Below, piece after piece: positions 27,750-45,594 of a DNA stretch of 64,000 bases (position 1 is its first letter; the number at the start of each line of letters is the position of its first letter). Origin of the DNA: the human T2T-CHM13v2.0 reference genome, Homo sapiens; NCBI RefSeq assembly GCF_009914755.1, contig NC_060928.1. One strand, 5' to 3'. The notes beneath the pieces were generated by a model. It had not been told where the DNA came from. It searched no databases and saw only the letters and a program-made list of their open reading frames with translations. A program made the translations under genes and the position numbers.

Positions 27750-27935
27750 ATGTATTTTAGAAAAAGAATAAAAATAAACAGTACATGTGCCACTCACATA
27801 TGAAAAAAGTAGTAAAAGTGGTATACCTGAATGAATGTCTGAAGGTTAGGAACTACTCTCCTAGCCAAAGTCATGACGGAGGGTTCAAGAGGGAAAGCAG
27901 TGGCATATTCCCCAGCCAACATTTAATTAGAGCTG

Positions 27936-28291
27936 TTATCTGGTTTGGCTGTGTCCCCACCCAAATTTCACCTTGAATTGTAGTAATCACCATGTGTCAA
28001 GGGTGGGGCAAGGTGGAGATAACTGAATCATGGAGGCAGTTTCCTCCATACTGTTCTCATGTTAGTGAATAAGCCTCATGAGATCTGATGGTCTTATAAA
28101 TGGGAGTTCCCCTGCATAAGTGCACTCTTGCTTGCTGCCATGTAAGATGTGTCTTTGCTCCTCCTTCGCCTTTCACCATGATTGTGAGGGCTCCCCAGCC
28201 AAGTGAAACTATGAGTCCATTAAACCTCTGTCTTTATACATTGCCCAGTCTTGGGTATTTTTTCATAGCAGTATGAAAATGAACTAATACA
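27936..28291 (+). mobile_element. THE1C/D-like solo LTR
   Basis: 'tggtttggctgtgtccccacccaaat'...'gaactaataca'; perfect 5-bp TSD AGCTG (27931-27935, 28292-28296); homologous to the LTR at 10591. Confidence 0.93.
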
Positions 28292-29171
28292 AGCTGCGAG
28301 ACATTTATTGCTCCAAAAACTACTTAAGTGCCTCTGATTTAGCACCCAGCATAGTGCTATGCACACAATATATATGTGATGAAATGTTAGTTCCTTTCTC
28401 AGTCTATTGACCCTTGTCCTGTTCCTTGGCATTTTAAATGTCCTCCATTGGTGATTAGACCATCTCATTATGTCTGTCAAAAGGGCTATGACCTCAAAGA
28501 CTGAATCTCATGTCTTCTCCTGGTCATCACTGCCAAGGCCTTGGCAATTCAGAGAACTGTCAAGCTTCATCAGAAACTTTCCCAAATTGCACACTTTTCT
28601 AAACTTTCAATAGGATATGCAATTCTCTACCTCAATTTTAGACTATTACTCTGAAAAATCTTAAAGACAATCAGTGATACTAGGACCTTTCCATTTGAAG
28701 AAAAGGGAAGTCAAACTGGCAAAACCATAACTACCAAAAGAGACATTGCAACAGGCTGGAGATCCAAAGGTGAAAAGCAAATGCAGAGATGCAGAATTTC
28801 TGCTGGCATCTGGAAAGCAAACATCCCAAATATAATTGGACACATGAGCATACCCAGAACCTAAGAAATCATTATGACTAATGATAAAAAAGGAGCATTC
28901 AAGTATGCTATGACCTCTTGTCAATTCAAGTACAGAATGGCCTGGGCTCAGGAAAAACACCACCCAAAACATGCAATTCAGTAAATGGAATAGATCCTTT
29001 AAGTCTTTATTATCGAGAATTCAGGGATGTGAACTGTAGGGAAGGAATTAAGCCGGTTTTGCATGTGTCTTCAGAGTGACTGCAAATATCACTATTGTAG
29101 AATAAATGAAAAGGAAAGATAACATTCGTTAAGTGACCATTATGTACCAAGCATTTTGCACAAATTGTCAT

Positions 29172-29960
<789 letters not shown>

Positions 29961-30668
29961 TGAGATATACTTCCCAGCAGGAACTTTGGATCACCTCATC
30001 TGCACAATAATCTGGTGAGGGACGCTTTCTGATCCTAGATTCAAAACATTCAGAAAGCTGATCTCAAACTTTTTAACTGTCTTATTACATATGATTTTGA
30101 ATGAAACAGAGAGCTAGATAGAGATAGACAGAGATAAATAAAATATTATAACCCAGATTTTAAGAAAGCACATCAAACCCTAATTTCACTGTACTACACC
30201 ACCGAAATTACATCCTGAGTTACTCAGCAGTATGAATTACAGAACATTTATAACAAATTCTCTTTTAAAACTTTGAAATAGGCATTTAGGCAACTTGGTT
30301 CTATTCAACATGTAATTATCAAGACTAGGTATGTCTCCAAATGGGAAGAAAAGACTTTCAAGAGATCCTTTGCATCCAAGGAATTTTCAATCATTATGGA
30401 GAATTCAATAGTAACTGGAACCGTTTCTGAAGTCAAGGCAACTATAGATACAAGAGAGACACTGACATGGAAGATAGAACCTGTGGGGGCTGGTTAAAGA
30501 AGCCGGGGTGAGGGAGTCTTAAAAAATAAAATGTTGCAATTCCAATAAAAATATCAACTTCTTTTTCCTGCAATTAGCAGTCTATTTTAAAAATACTAAT
30601 TTCCATATGGAAAAATAAGTAAGACTATTGAATAAAACTGCGCAAAGAAAAATAACACAAGTTATTCT

Positions 30669-31247
30669 GGCCGAGAATGGTGGCTGATATGTTTTGGCTC
30701 TGTGTCCCAACCCAAATCTCATCTCAAATTGTAATCCCCATGTGTCAAGGGAGGGGCTTGGTGGGAAGTGATTGGATCATGGGGGTGGTTTCCCTCATGC
30801 TGTTCTCATGGTAGTGAGGGATTTCTCACAACAGCTGGTGGTTTGAAAGTGTGGCATTTCCGTGCTCTCGCTCTCTCTCTTTCTTGTTATCATGTGAAAA
30901 GTGCCTGTTTTCCCTTTACGTGCTGCCAGGATTGTAAGTTGCCTGAGGCCTCCCCAGTTGTGCAGAACTGTGAGTCAATTAAACCTCTTTCCTTCGTAAA
31001 TTTTCCAGTCTCAGGTAGTATCTTTATAGCAGTGTAAAAATGGACTAATACAGTGGCTCATGCTTGTAATCCCAGCACTTTGGCAGGCTGAGGAAGAAAA
31101 ATTGATGCCAGCCTTGGCAACATAGTCAGACAAAAAAAAAAAAAAAAGCCAGGCATGGTGGCATGTGCATGCTTCAGTGACTAGGTCGCAGAGCAAGACC
31201 CTGTTTCTAAGAAAAAAAAAAAAAAAAAAAAGACAAAGAAAAAAAAG
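30669..31247 (+). mobile_element. Internally deleted AluJ-like element, split after nt 16 by an MST LTR
   Basis: 'ggccgagaatggtggc' | LTR | 'gtggctcatgcttgtaatcccagcactttgg...gcaacatag...cagagcaagaccctgtttct' plus poly(A). Confidence 0.85.
30685..31052 (+). mobile_element. MSTA-like MaLR solo LTR
   Basis: TGATATG..TGGCTCTGTGTCCC...AAATTGTAATCCCC start, GGACTAATACA end; perfect TSD GTGGC. Confidence 0.93.
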
Positions 31248-31433
31248 GACATATGTCAGGAAGCTCTGCCAGATATTAAAGCATAGTGTATACCATCTTC
31301 AACTGAAACACTGTGGTATTGATACATGAGTAAATAGATAATCTAAATGGAGCACAATAGAAAATTCAGAAGTATATCTAAGTTGACGATGAAAGTATGG
31401 TATAAGGAAAAGATGGTACCTCCAATCAGTGGG

Positions 31434-31889
31434 TGTATTACCTTCCTAGGGCTGCCATAAAAAATGTACCACAAAGTTTGTGGCTTAGACCAGTAAAAAC
31501 TTATTGTTTCACAGTTCTGGAAACTAAAAGCTTGAAATCAAGGTGTTGGCAGAACAATGCTCCCTCTGAAGACACTAGGGAAGAATCAGTTCCAGTCCTC
31601 CCTCCTAGCTTCAGGTAGCCTCAGGCAAACCATGACCTGGGAATAGCCATCTGTTCCTGCTGCCCGTTCACATAATCTTTCCTCCCTCAGCATGTGTCTA
31701 TCTCTATGTCTAAATTTTCCCTTTTTAAATAAGGACATAGTCATATAGAATCAGGGTCTACTTTATTGACCTCATTTTAACTTCATTGCCTCTGTAAAGA
31801 CTCTGTTTCCAAAAAACATTGCATTCTGACATACTAGGGGAAGGACTTCAACATGTGTTTTTAGAGAGAACATAATTCAACACATAAAA
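31434..31889 (-). mobile_element. MLT1C-like solo LTR
   Basis: 'tgtatta..ttcctagggctgccata', 'aaatcaaggtgttggcag...gctccctctgaag..actagggaagaatc', 'ataattcaacacata'. Confidence 0.88.
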
Positions 31890-32534
31890 ATAGGAGGAAA
31901 GGTGTTGGGGAAAATAGCCATGAACAAAAATATCCAATCACATCCATACTTCACTTTGGATACTAGAAAAACATCTAAATGAATCAGAGATTTAAACATA
32001 AATACTAAAATCATAAAGATGTAGTAATTCATTTAATACATGAGAATGAAGAACACTTGTAGCTTTAAATCAAAATCCAAAATAATAAAAGACCATATGG
32101 ATTCACTGAACTGTAAAAATGTTGTTTTAAACTTTTAAACTGGCAAAAATTTCTCCACTAAAATCAAAGTCAAAATAAAAAAGGAAAAACCACAAAATTT
32201 ATTTGTAGATCCCATCATAAAGGAGTAATATCTCCAAAAGAAGAGAAGGTCTTAAAACTTGAGGAGAAAACAACAAACAAGAAAAGAATAAAAATTAGCA
32301 AAATATAGATAGTGAATCTTAACCATATGAAAAGAGAAGATCAACTTCATTTATAGCAATATTGTTGAATATTAAAATTGTCCTGAAATACTGTTTCTTC
32401 CTTATCCGACTGGCAAAATTGGAAAGTTTTAACAGTATATTTTGTTGGCAATACTATGGGGAAAGAGGCTCTTTCTATATTGCTTGTAAGAATGTGGTGA
32501 TTCCATCTTTATGGAAGTAATTTGGACATCAGTC

Positions 32535-32690
32535 ATATTGAATTAATAGTCATTCAATAATAATAATTCATAATAAACAATATTATTAATACTTCAACAA
32601 TTATTATTCAATAATAATTAACAATATCAACTATTCAATAATAATAATAGTGGTTATTGGATAATTATTAATATCCTAACAATTAGGACA
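32535..32690. repeat. AT-rich low-complexity (TAA/TTCAATAA) tract
   Basis: Read directly from the sequence. Confidence 0.8.
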
Positions 32691-35349
32691 TTATACATGT
32701 ATTTACCATTTAACTTAAAAAATAAATTTTGAAGTATAATCAAAAATATAAAATGACTTATGTATAATGTTCTTCACTGAGATATTATTGATATGGCAAG
32801 TGTCTATTAATAGGAAGCTGAGCAAAGCATATCATACAATGAAACATAATTAGCAAAAGATCTGTATACACTGATATGGAGTAATCTTCAAGATATTTGT
32901 GCAGTACAGTAAATAAGGTCTAGAATATGATATATATTGTGATTCTTTTGTGTAATAAAAGGGATGAAATATGCATTTGCTCTTTTTTTGCAAAGAGAAA
33001 GGGGTAGCAAAAATAAAGAACAAGTAAAGTGGTTATCATAGGAGAAACTAAAAACAGGGAATCAGATATTTTTACAAGATAAATCAAACTTTTCTGAATA
33101 TGGTCTCTATTTCAGAGGTATATTACTATACACTTCTATTTTACATTGATGTGTTTACATACTCCAAAATGAAATTAAATTTAAACGGCAATCACTAGGA
33201 ATTGTAAACAAATTGAAGTGAATGTATCCGTGTATCGAGTTGATGACATAATCAAAAATCTGAATTAAAATTACTTAAAAACACAGTATAGTACAGTATT
33301 TTGACTCTATATCCTCTGTAGGCAATATTTAAAGGACAGTAAAACCTGAAAGGAAGTCTTAAAATTTGTGTAGTAATCTAATATGTTCATAGCATTATTG
33401 ATGCTATTATTTTAGAATTATTTTACATGTGTTACAGGACAATGCAAGTAAATAATTTTGCTAATGTTACTAGAAATCAAGCTTTCAGAGTAATAAAAAG
33501 AGAAATAAAATAATTTACTTAAGGAAGTAAAAAAATTGTATTAGTAAATCTGAATTGAAAATATCAGTATATAATCATATTTGCTATTAAATAAGTATGT
33601 ATTTTATAGCCCCAAAGCAGTGAGCCTAACCATCACTTAATTGTGTCCCTGAATATTATTCTTCAAAGGAATCGTGAGTCCTTGAAAGATAAGGCTGGCT
33701 ATTTTTTTTTTGTACCCAAAACAAGGAAGCTAACAAAGACTCATGAGTTATCAAAATAACCCAAGGACCAAAATTAGGAAGTATCTTTATTTTGTGCATC
33801 AAAAAGAAAAATCTATGGAAATGATTGAAATGTATTTTAAAAATCCTCATTTCTTTACAATAATTTTAAATTGAAATAAAAAGAGTAGTAAAACAATTTA
33901 ATGAAAATACATACCTATATACCTGTAGAGAGGTACAGCATACATCTCAATAAATGTCATAAAGAAATTAGGACACCAATTCCTTTCTCTGAATATCGGA
34001 AATTAAAAGAAAAGAGTTTAGTACAAACTCTTTATACTTTGTTTTCTGTAGAATATGTACTGAAAGATAACCAAGTAGTCATAGATGAGGTGGGAAAATT
34101 GTTCTTTAAATAGGAATTTCATTTACTAAATGTGGGAATAATGACAAAATTAGAAAATCACCATTTTGTGCTATCCAGTTAAGTAGTTGATTCAGACAAT
34201 AATCATCAATGGATGAAACCATTAGATGAAAGTTTAATGGAGAATACATTGTGGTGATCAAATTGCTATTATTTGAACCATGGGTCAATCTTTGCATCAT
34301 TAAAAGTAAGGAAAATCAGACATCGTTAGTCTCCTAGTGAAATTCAATATGAGGCACAGCACATCAACCATGAATTAATCTGTCAAAAAGTAAAATCCAA
34401 ATATAATCAAGAGCTAACTTCCATGTATGACTACCCAGAAAATAAAAGGAACAAGTTAAATGACACAAAAATAAGCAAACAGATAAATGCATTATGTGTT
34501 GCACTCTGCATAACAACTTATCAGTCTCTGCATTAAGTCCTCAGCATGGAAATCAAAATGGGAAGAATATTCACTTCATTAAAAAAATAAAGAGTTGTGA
34601 CATACAAATGTAATGGTACCTTATTTGTTCCATAATTCATACAAACCAAGTGGAAAAATAATTTTTTAGACAATCAGAGGAATTTGACTAGGTACTATTA
34701 TATAACTAACTGTGATATTAAGATATCAATATCTTAAAATATAGATAAATATCATATAACTATGATGTTTTTAATCTGGTAGATGTGATGAGGACTTATC
34801 TAATACTTTCTTCAAAATATGTAAGAAACACATTTTTGAGAGGAAAGGAATAGATAAGCAAATTTTAGGCAAAATTGGGATAATTGTCAGATCTCAATGG
34901 TTAGTACCTGGGGGATAATGTACTAAATATGTAGATTTTTTAAATTAAAAACAAAAACAAAGAAGAAATAAAGTCTCTGTTTCTAAACTTTTTTTTTCTT
35001 TTTTTCCCCAAACTTTTATTGAGTAGTCACTTGCTTACAACTACTGTTCTGTTACATGCGATCGAGAACTTTGACAATAAAACCGTATGGCAGCAAAATT
35101 GAAGAAAATGAATAACATATATATCGAAGGTCTGGTGATTTTCCACAGGGAAAGACGTTCTATAAATGTATTCTGGAAAACTACATATATATCGTTCATT
35201 TGCACAATATAAAATCACATTTTATTTAATGAGAAATCACTGAAGTACAGCCAATAACCAACAAAACAGTGACCAAAATACTCCATGCTGCTTATATGAC
35301 AATGAGTAAACCTTCATGTATGCAAAAAAATTAGGAGACCACAGGATCC

Positions 35350-35968
35350 TAGGATGGACTAGAGAATATGACAAAATATAATCTAATTATATTACAAATG
35401 TATGAAACAACTTCCCTGAAGGGTTTGAAGGAAAGGTGCTAATCTAAGTAACTTTGGAAATGAGTGAAGTCTGGGAGTCTAAAGGCAAAACAAATTATAC
35501 ATAAGCATTGGACTCTAGTTGATGAAGCTGTTTCCCACAGGGATATGGGTTAACAGCTCTGATACTGCTTTACATGTATACTGTGATTGAACAATTAAGT
35601 AAATGAATGGCAGATGGTGGAAGCCAGCTTTCTCACTGTAGGAGTGTAGGTTATAGATAAGCAAGTGAAACAGTCTAGAATGATCTATGTTGTAAAGGAT
35701 TAGTCATAGACATCTGTATGAATTTATATCTAGCTCAATATAAATACAGATGGTTACACATAGAAATATTTATAGATATTTGTATACACACAGGTTAGTA
35801 TACACAAATACATATATCCTTGCTCTGTCAGCTGAGTCAGTCTGAAAGCAATGATACCCCAGAAGCAAGGAGTTCATCTGGAACTGAGAGTGTGGTTTGT
35901 AGTACCATTCTCTGACTAATGAAATTGGGGTTCCTTGGGAAAATATTTGATTCTAAGAACAGGGGCTG
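35350..35968 (+). mobile_element. L1MC3-like 3' region (left part)
   Basis: 'ggttaacagctctgatactgct', 'attaagtaaatgaatggcagatggtgg', 'ccttgctctgtcagctgag', 'ttccttggga...tgattcta'. Confidence 0.7.
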
Positions 35969-36456
35969 CCACCCTTCCTGTGCAGAGATCCTCCTGCAGG
36001 GATGTGTTCTCTCCACTCCACATCCAGGCAGGTCTCCAGGAATCTGGAGCTCTCACTCTCCTGAATTAGTTTAGGCCATCTCCCCATCCCTGTGCAGAGA
36101 ACTTGGGGCCCAGGAGGTTTCCCAGCTCCACACCTAAGCACACCTCTGGGTGCTTAGTGGTTGCCCACTGGATTCTTCCTTGGCACAGGCGCTTGTGTCT
36201 GCTGTCAAAGGACCTGTAGTTGGACTTGTCAGGTCTGGCCCCACCCTTTTTGACCACCTCCTCAGGGCTGAACAGGGAGTACAGACCATTGAACTTCATA
36301 AATCAGCTCTTGCCTGAGACAACAGAGAGCTTCTCCCAGGAAACAAGGATCAAGTATATACCCAGCCATGTTGGCTACAGCTGGCTCTTACCCATAACTG
36401 CCATCTACTGGCTTGTAGGTCAAACTGCACAGCCCTATATTAAACCTGTCAACAGA

Positions 36457-37365
36457 GGGAGGAGGAGCCAAGATGGCCGAATAGGAACAACTCCGGTCTA
36501 CAGCTCCCAGCGTGAGCCACGCAGAAGACGGGTGATTTCTGCGTTTCCATCTGAGGTACCGGGTTCATCTCACTAGGGAGTGCCAGACAGTGGGCGCAGG
36601 CCAGTGTGTGTGCGCACCGTGCGCGAGCCGAAGCAGGGCGAGGCATTGCCTCACCTGGGAAGCGCAAGGGGTCAGGGAGTTCCCTTTCCGAGTCAAAGAA
36701 AGGGGTGACGGACGCACCTGGAAAATCGGGTCACTCCCACCCGAATATTGCGCTTTTCAGACCGGCTTAAGAAACGGCGCACCACAAGACTATATCCCAC
36801 ACCTGGCTCAGAGGGTCCTACGCGCCCACGGAATCTTGCTGATTGCTAGCACAGCAGTCTGAGATCAAACTGCAAGGCGGCAACGAGGCTGGGGGAGGGG
36901 CGCCCGCCATTGCCCAGGCTTGCTTAGGTAAACAAAGCATCCGGGAAGCTCGAACTGGGTGGAGCCCACCACAGCTCAAGGAGGCCTGCCTGCCTCTGTA
37001 GGCTCCACCTCTGGGGGCAGGGCACAGACAAACAAAAAGACAGCAGTAACCTCTGCAGACTTAAGTGTCCCTGTCTGACAGCTTTGAAGAGAGCAGTGGT
37101 TCTCCCAGCACGCAGCTGGAGATCTGAGAACCGGCAGACTGCCTCCTCAAGTGGGTCCCTGACCCCTGACCCCCGAGCAGCCTAACTGGGAGGCACCCCC
37201 CAGCAGGGGCACACTGACACCTCACACGGCAGGGTATTCCAACAGACCTGCAGCTGAGGGTCCTGTCTGTTAGAAGGAAAACTAACAAACAGAAAGGACA
37301 TCTACACCGAAAACCCATCTGTACATCACCATCATCAAAGATCAAAAGTAGATAAAACCACAAAG
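36457..37365 (+). promoter_or_regulatory. L1HS 5'UTR: CpG-rich internal sense promoter with YY1 site (36470-36478) and antisense promoter region
   Basis: AAGATGGCC intact; the only extended CpG-rich segment in the window; promoter function is established for L1HS 5'UTRs but was not measured here. Confidence 0.85.
36818..36910 (-). pseudogene. L1 ORF0, truncated to 30 aa by a frameshift
   Basis: Manual translation MAGAPPPASLPPCSLISDCCASNQQDSVGA*; extra CG in 'cctacgcgcccacgg' relative to the recalled consensus CCTACGCCCACGG. Confidence 0.8.
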
Positions 37366-38382
37366 ATGGGGAAAAAACAGAACAGAAAAACTGGAAACTC
37401 TAAAACGCAGAGTGCCTCTCCTCCTCCAAAGGAACGCAGTTCCTCACCAGCAACAGAACAAAGCTGGATGGAGAATGATTTTGACGAGCTGAGAGAAGAA
37501 GTCTTCAGACGATCAAATTACTCTGAGCTACGGGAGGACATTCAAACCAAAGGCAAAGAAGTTGAAAACTTTGAAAAAAATTTAGAAGAATGTATAACTA
37601 GAATAACCAATACAGAGAAGTGCTTAAAGGAGCTGATGGAGCTGAAAACCAAGGCTCGAGAACTACGTGAAGAATGCAGAAGCCTCAGGAGCCGATGCGA
37701 TCAACTGGAAGAAAGGGTATCAGCAATGGAAGATGAAATGAATGAAATGAAGTGAGAAGGGAAGTTTAGAGAAAAAAGAATAAAAAGAAATGAGCAAAGC
37801 CTCCAAGAAATATGGGACTATGTGAAAAGATCAAATCTACGTCTGATTGGTGTACCTGAAAGTGATGTGGAGAATGGAACCAAGTTGGAAAACACTCTGC
37901 AGGATATTATCCAGGAGAACTTCCCCAATCTAGCAAGACAGGCCAACGTTCAGATTCAGGAAATACAGAGAACGCCACAAAGATACTCCTCGAGAAGAGC
38001 AACTCCAAGACACATAATTGTCAGATTCACCAAAGTTGAAATGAAGGAAAAAATGTTAAGGGCAGCCAGAGAGAAAGGTCGGGTTACCCTCAAAGGAAAG
38101 CCCATCAGACTAACAGCGGATCTCTCGGCAGAAACCCTACAAGCCAGAAGAGAGTGGGGGCCAATATTCAACATTCTTAAAGAAAAGAATTTTCAACCCA
38201 GAATTTCAAATCCAGCCAAACTAAGCTTCATAAGTGAAGGAGAAATAAAATACTTTATAGACAAGCAAATGCTGAGAGATTTTGTCACCACCAGGCCTGC
38301 CCTAAAAGAGCTCCTGAAGGAAGCGCTAAACATGGAAAGGAACAACCGGTACCAGCCGCTGCAAAATCATGCCAAAATGTAA
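37366..38382 (+). pseudogene. L1 ORF1p (338 codons) with in-frame stop at codon 130
   Basis: MGKKQNRKTGNSK... to ...QNHAKM in one frame; TGA at 37753-37755 (consensus CGA); YPAKLS motif reads NPAKLS. Confidence 0.97.
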
Positions 38383-38421
38383 AGACCATCGAGACTAGGA
38401 AGAAACTGCATCAACTAATGA

Positions 38422-42273
<3,852 letters not shown>

Positions 42274-42500
42274 ACAATGAGATCACATGGACACAGGAAG
42301 GGGAATATCACACTCTGGGGACTGTGGTGGGGTCGGGGGAGGGGAGAGGGATAGCATTGGGAGATATACCTAATGCTAGATGACACGTTAGTGGGTGCAG
42401 CGCACCAGCATGGCACATGTATACATATGTAACTAACCTGCACAATGTGCACATGTACCCTAAAACTTAGAGTATAATAATAAAAAAAAAAAAAAAAAAA

Positions 42501-42932
42501 GAAGATACATGAACTCAGTAAAGAGGTTGTTATAAATATATTGGATGGTTTTGAAAGGCCAGGGTTTTCTCCCCGCTTTTGGATAAAGCTGTCCGCTAAG
42601 TATTAAAAGGTTTTTTTTTTTTGGTTTTGGTTTTGCTTTTTTTTTTTCAAAAAGCAATAACTGGCACCAGCAGTTTGTTACAATTGGCAGAAAGAGTTAT
42701 CACTTTTATTTAGGATTTGGAAATGCAATCAAAGAGGGGCAGATTGGAGCTTGAATTAAATAAAGCTTAAACAGGCAAAAAGAAAAATCTCGGCTGGTCT
42801 TTTAAACAAACAAACACAAAAATTACAGTTCCTTGTTAATTTGAAGCTATAAAGAATTTGACACTCACACTTGATTAAATGGTGCCAAGCAGAAAAAAAA
42901 AAACAAAAAACAAAAAACAAAAAACAAAAAAA
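42501..42932 (+). other. L1-mediated 3' transduction (unique 42501-42892, A-rich tail 42893-42932)
   Basis: Non-L1 sequence between two poly(A) tracts; ATTAAA at 42874-42879; enclosed by the 15-bp TSD AAACCTGTCAACAGA (36442-36456, 42933-42947). Confidence 0.93.
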
Positions 42933-45544
42933 AAACCTGTCAACAGAAGTGCATAGGAGTGTAGAAGCAAAGCCAAAAGGCTCTACCCAACATTCTCTAA
43001 AGTCACAACCCCCAGAAAGGGGGTGGAAGAAGGGAAAGCAAAAGAAAAAAAAAATTAATGGGAATGAAACACAAAGAAAAAATTCTATTCATATGAAAAT
43101 AATTACAAAAATTAGAAGTACCAGCTTCTCTAGATGAGAAAGAATCAGAGCAAGAATTCTAGAATTCTGCATCTGAATGTGCTGACAATACCAAAAATCA
43201 TTCTAGCTCTCTAGCTATGGTCCCTATCCAAAATGGAAATTCAGAAATGACAGATAAAGAATTCAAAGCATGTATTGCAAAAAAACTCAACAAGATACAA
43301 GGTTGAAAATCAACACACAAAATACTTCTAAAGCAATCCAGGAAATGAAGGAAGAGATATATATCATAAAAAAGAAATCAACCAGAGCTTCCGGAATTGA
43401 AAAACTCACTTAAGAAAATTCAAAATGCAATTGAGAGCTTTATCAATAGACTAGATCAAACAGAAGGAAGAATTTCAGAGCATAAAGACTGGTATTTCAA
43501 ACTAATCCTGTCAGACAAAAACAAAGAAAAAAATTTTTAAAGATGAACGGTCTTTGAGAAATATAGAATTATGTAAGGCAGCCAAATCAGTGAATTATTG
43601 GCATTCATGAGAATGAAGGAATAAAAACAAACAGCCTGGAAAATATATTTGAGGGAATAATTCAAGAAAATCTTCCTAATATTGCTAGAGATATAGACAT
43701 CCAGATACAAGAAATCCAGAGAACATCTGTGAGATACTATACAAAAGGAACATCATCAAGTCATATAGTCAACAGAGTGTCCAAGATCAATAATAAAGAC
43801 AAAATCTAAAAGGCAGCTAGAGGACAATGTCATATCACATACAAAGAGAATTTTATCAGGCTGAGCGGGCTTCTCAGCAGAAGCCCTACAAGCCAGGACA
43901 GATTGAAGGCCTACTTTCAGCATCCTTAAAGAATAGAAATTCCAAGCAAGAATGACATATCCTACAAAACTAAGCTTCATAAGCAGAGGAGAAAAAAAAA
44001 ATTCTAAGACAAGCAAATGGTAAGGGAATTTGTTACCATTAGAGCAGACATCCTTAAGGGAGTTCTAAACATGGAAACAATAAATGATACCTGCCACCAC
44101 AAAAACATACTTAAGTACATAGCCCACATACTCTACAAAGCAACCACATGATAGAAACTACAAAGCAACCAGCTAACAACTTCACAATATGATCAAAACT
44201 TCACTTATCAATATTAGCCTTGAATGCAAATGACCTCTATGCCCCACTTAAAAGGCACAGAGTGGCAAGTTGGATAGAGAAACAAGACCCAACCATCTAT
44301 TGTATTCCAGAGTTGCATCGCACACATAAAGACACCCACTGGCTCAAAGTAAAGGGTTGGAGAAAGATCTGTCATGCAAACAGAAAACAAAAAAAGAGCA
44401 GAAACACAAAAAAGAGCTATTCTTATGTTACATAAAACAGACTTTAAACCAGGAACAGTAAAAATAGGCAAAGAAGGGCATTACATAATAATAAAGGGTT
44501 CAAATACAACAAGAATACTTAACTATCCTAAATATATATATACATATGCACCAACATTGACCCAGAATTAGAAAACAAGTACAGTTAGACCTACAAAGAG
44601 ACTTAGACAGTCAGACAATAATAGTAGAAGACTTCAGTGCTGACAGCATTAAGCAGATCACCAAGTCAGAAAACTAACAAAGAAATTCTGAATTGAAATT
44701 TGACAGGACCAATTGAATCCAATAGACCTCTCCAGAATACTCAACACGTCAACAACCAGATATAAATTCTCCTCATCTGCACATGGAACATACTCCAAGA
44801 TTGACCACATAGGTGGCCATAAAGCAGGTCTCAAATAAATTTCAAAAAAATCAAAGCCATCCCAACCATATCCTTGGAACATATTGGAATAAAGATATAA
44901 ATCAATACCTAGAATATCTCTCAAAACTACACAATTACATGAAAACTAAACAACTTGCTCATGAATGACTTTTGGGTAAACAACAAAATTAAGGCAGAAA
45001 TCAAGTAATTCTTTGAAATGAATCAAAACAGAGACAGAATACACCAAAACTTCTGGGATGCAGTAAAAGCAGTGTTAAGGGGAAAATCTATAGCAATACG
45101 CACCTAACTTAAAAAGTTAGAAGATCTCAAATTAACAATCTAACATCATACCTAGAGGAACTAAAAAATTAAAAAAGCTAGCAGAAAGAAATGACTAAAA
45201 TCAGAACTAAACTGAAGAAAATTGAGACTCCAAAATACATAGGAAGAATCAACAAAACCAAAAGATGATTCTTTGAAAGGATAAACAAGATTGACAGAAC
45301 ACTAGCTAGATTAACAAAGAAAGGAGAAGATCCAAATAAGCATAATCAGAAATGAAAAGGTGACATTACAGCCAATCCCACAGAAATACAAAAGATACTC
45401 AGATATAATGAACAACTCTATGCACATGAAGTAGAAAAGCTAGAGGAAATGGATAAATTTCTGGAAAAACACAGTCTCTCAAGATTGAATCAGAAAGAAA
45501 TTGAAACCCTGAGGAGACGAATAATGAGTTCCACAATTGAATGA

Positions 45545-45547
<3 letters not shown>

Positions 45548-45590
<43 letters not shown>
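45548..45590. repeat. (AAAT)n microsatellite within old L1
   Basis: Read directly from the sequence. Confidence 0.95.

Positions 45591-45594
<4 letters not shown>

Larger units (their letters stand above)
30530..34960 (+). mobile_element. Ancient L1M (L1MC/L1ME-like) ORF2 to 3'UTR remnants, interrupted several times
   Basis: 'ccagatattaaagcata...ctgtggtattg...caatagaaaattcagaa', 'tccatacttcac', 'attagaaaatcaccattttg'; hosts an Alu, MST and MLT1C. Confidence 0.6.

Noticed and set aside
32535-32690. Quasi-periodic TTCAATAATAAT repeats as an array
   Set aside because: Irregular AT-rich low complexity; no constant repeat-spacer structure.
36220-37363. ORFs over the L1 5'UTR and junction
   Set aside because: GC-rich L1 5'UTR open frames; only ORF0 is an established product, and it is broken here.
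42316-42352. G-rich G4-like tract
   Set aside because: Known constitutive L1 3'UTR feature.
42611-42648. T-rich tract in the transduction as an inverted retrocopy tail
   Set aside because: No recognisable element or TSD beside it; cannot be supported without the source locus.
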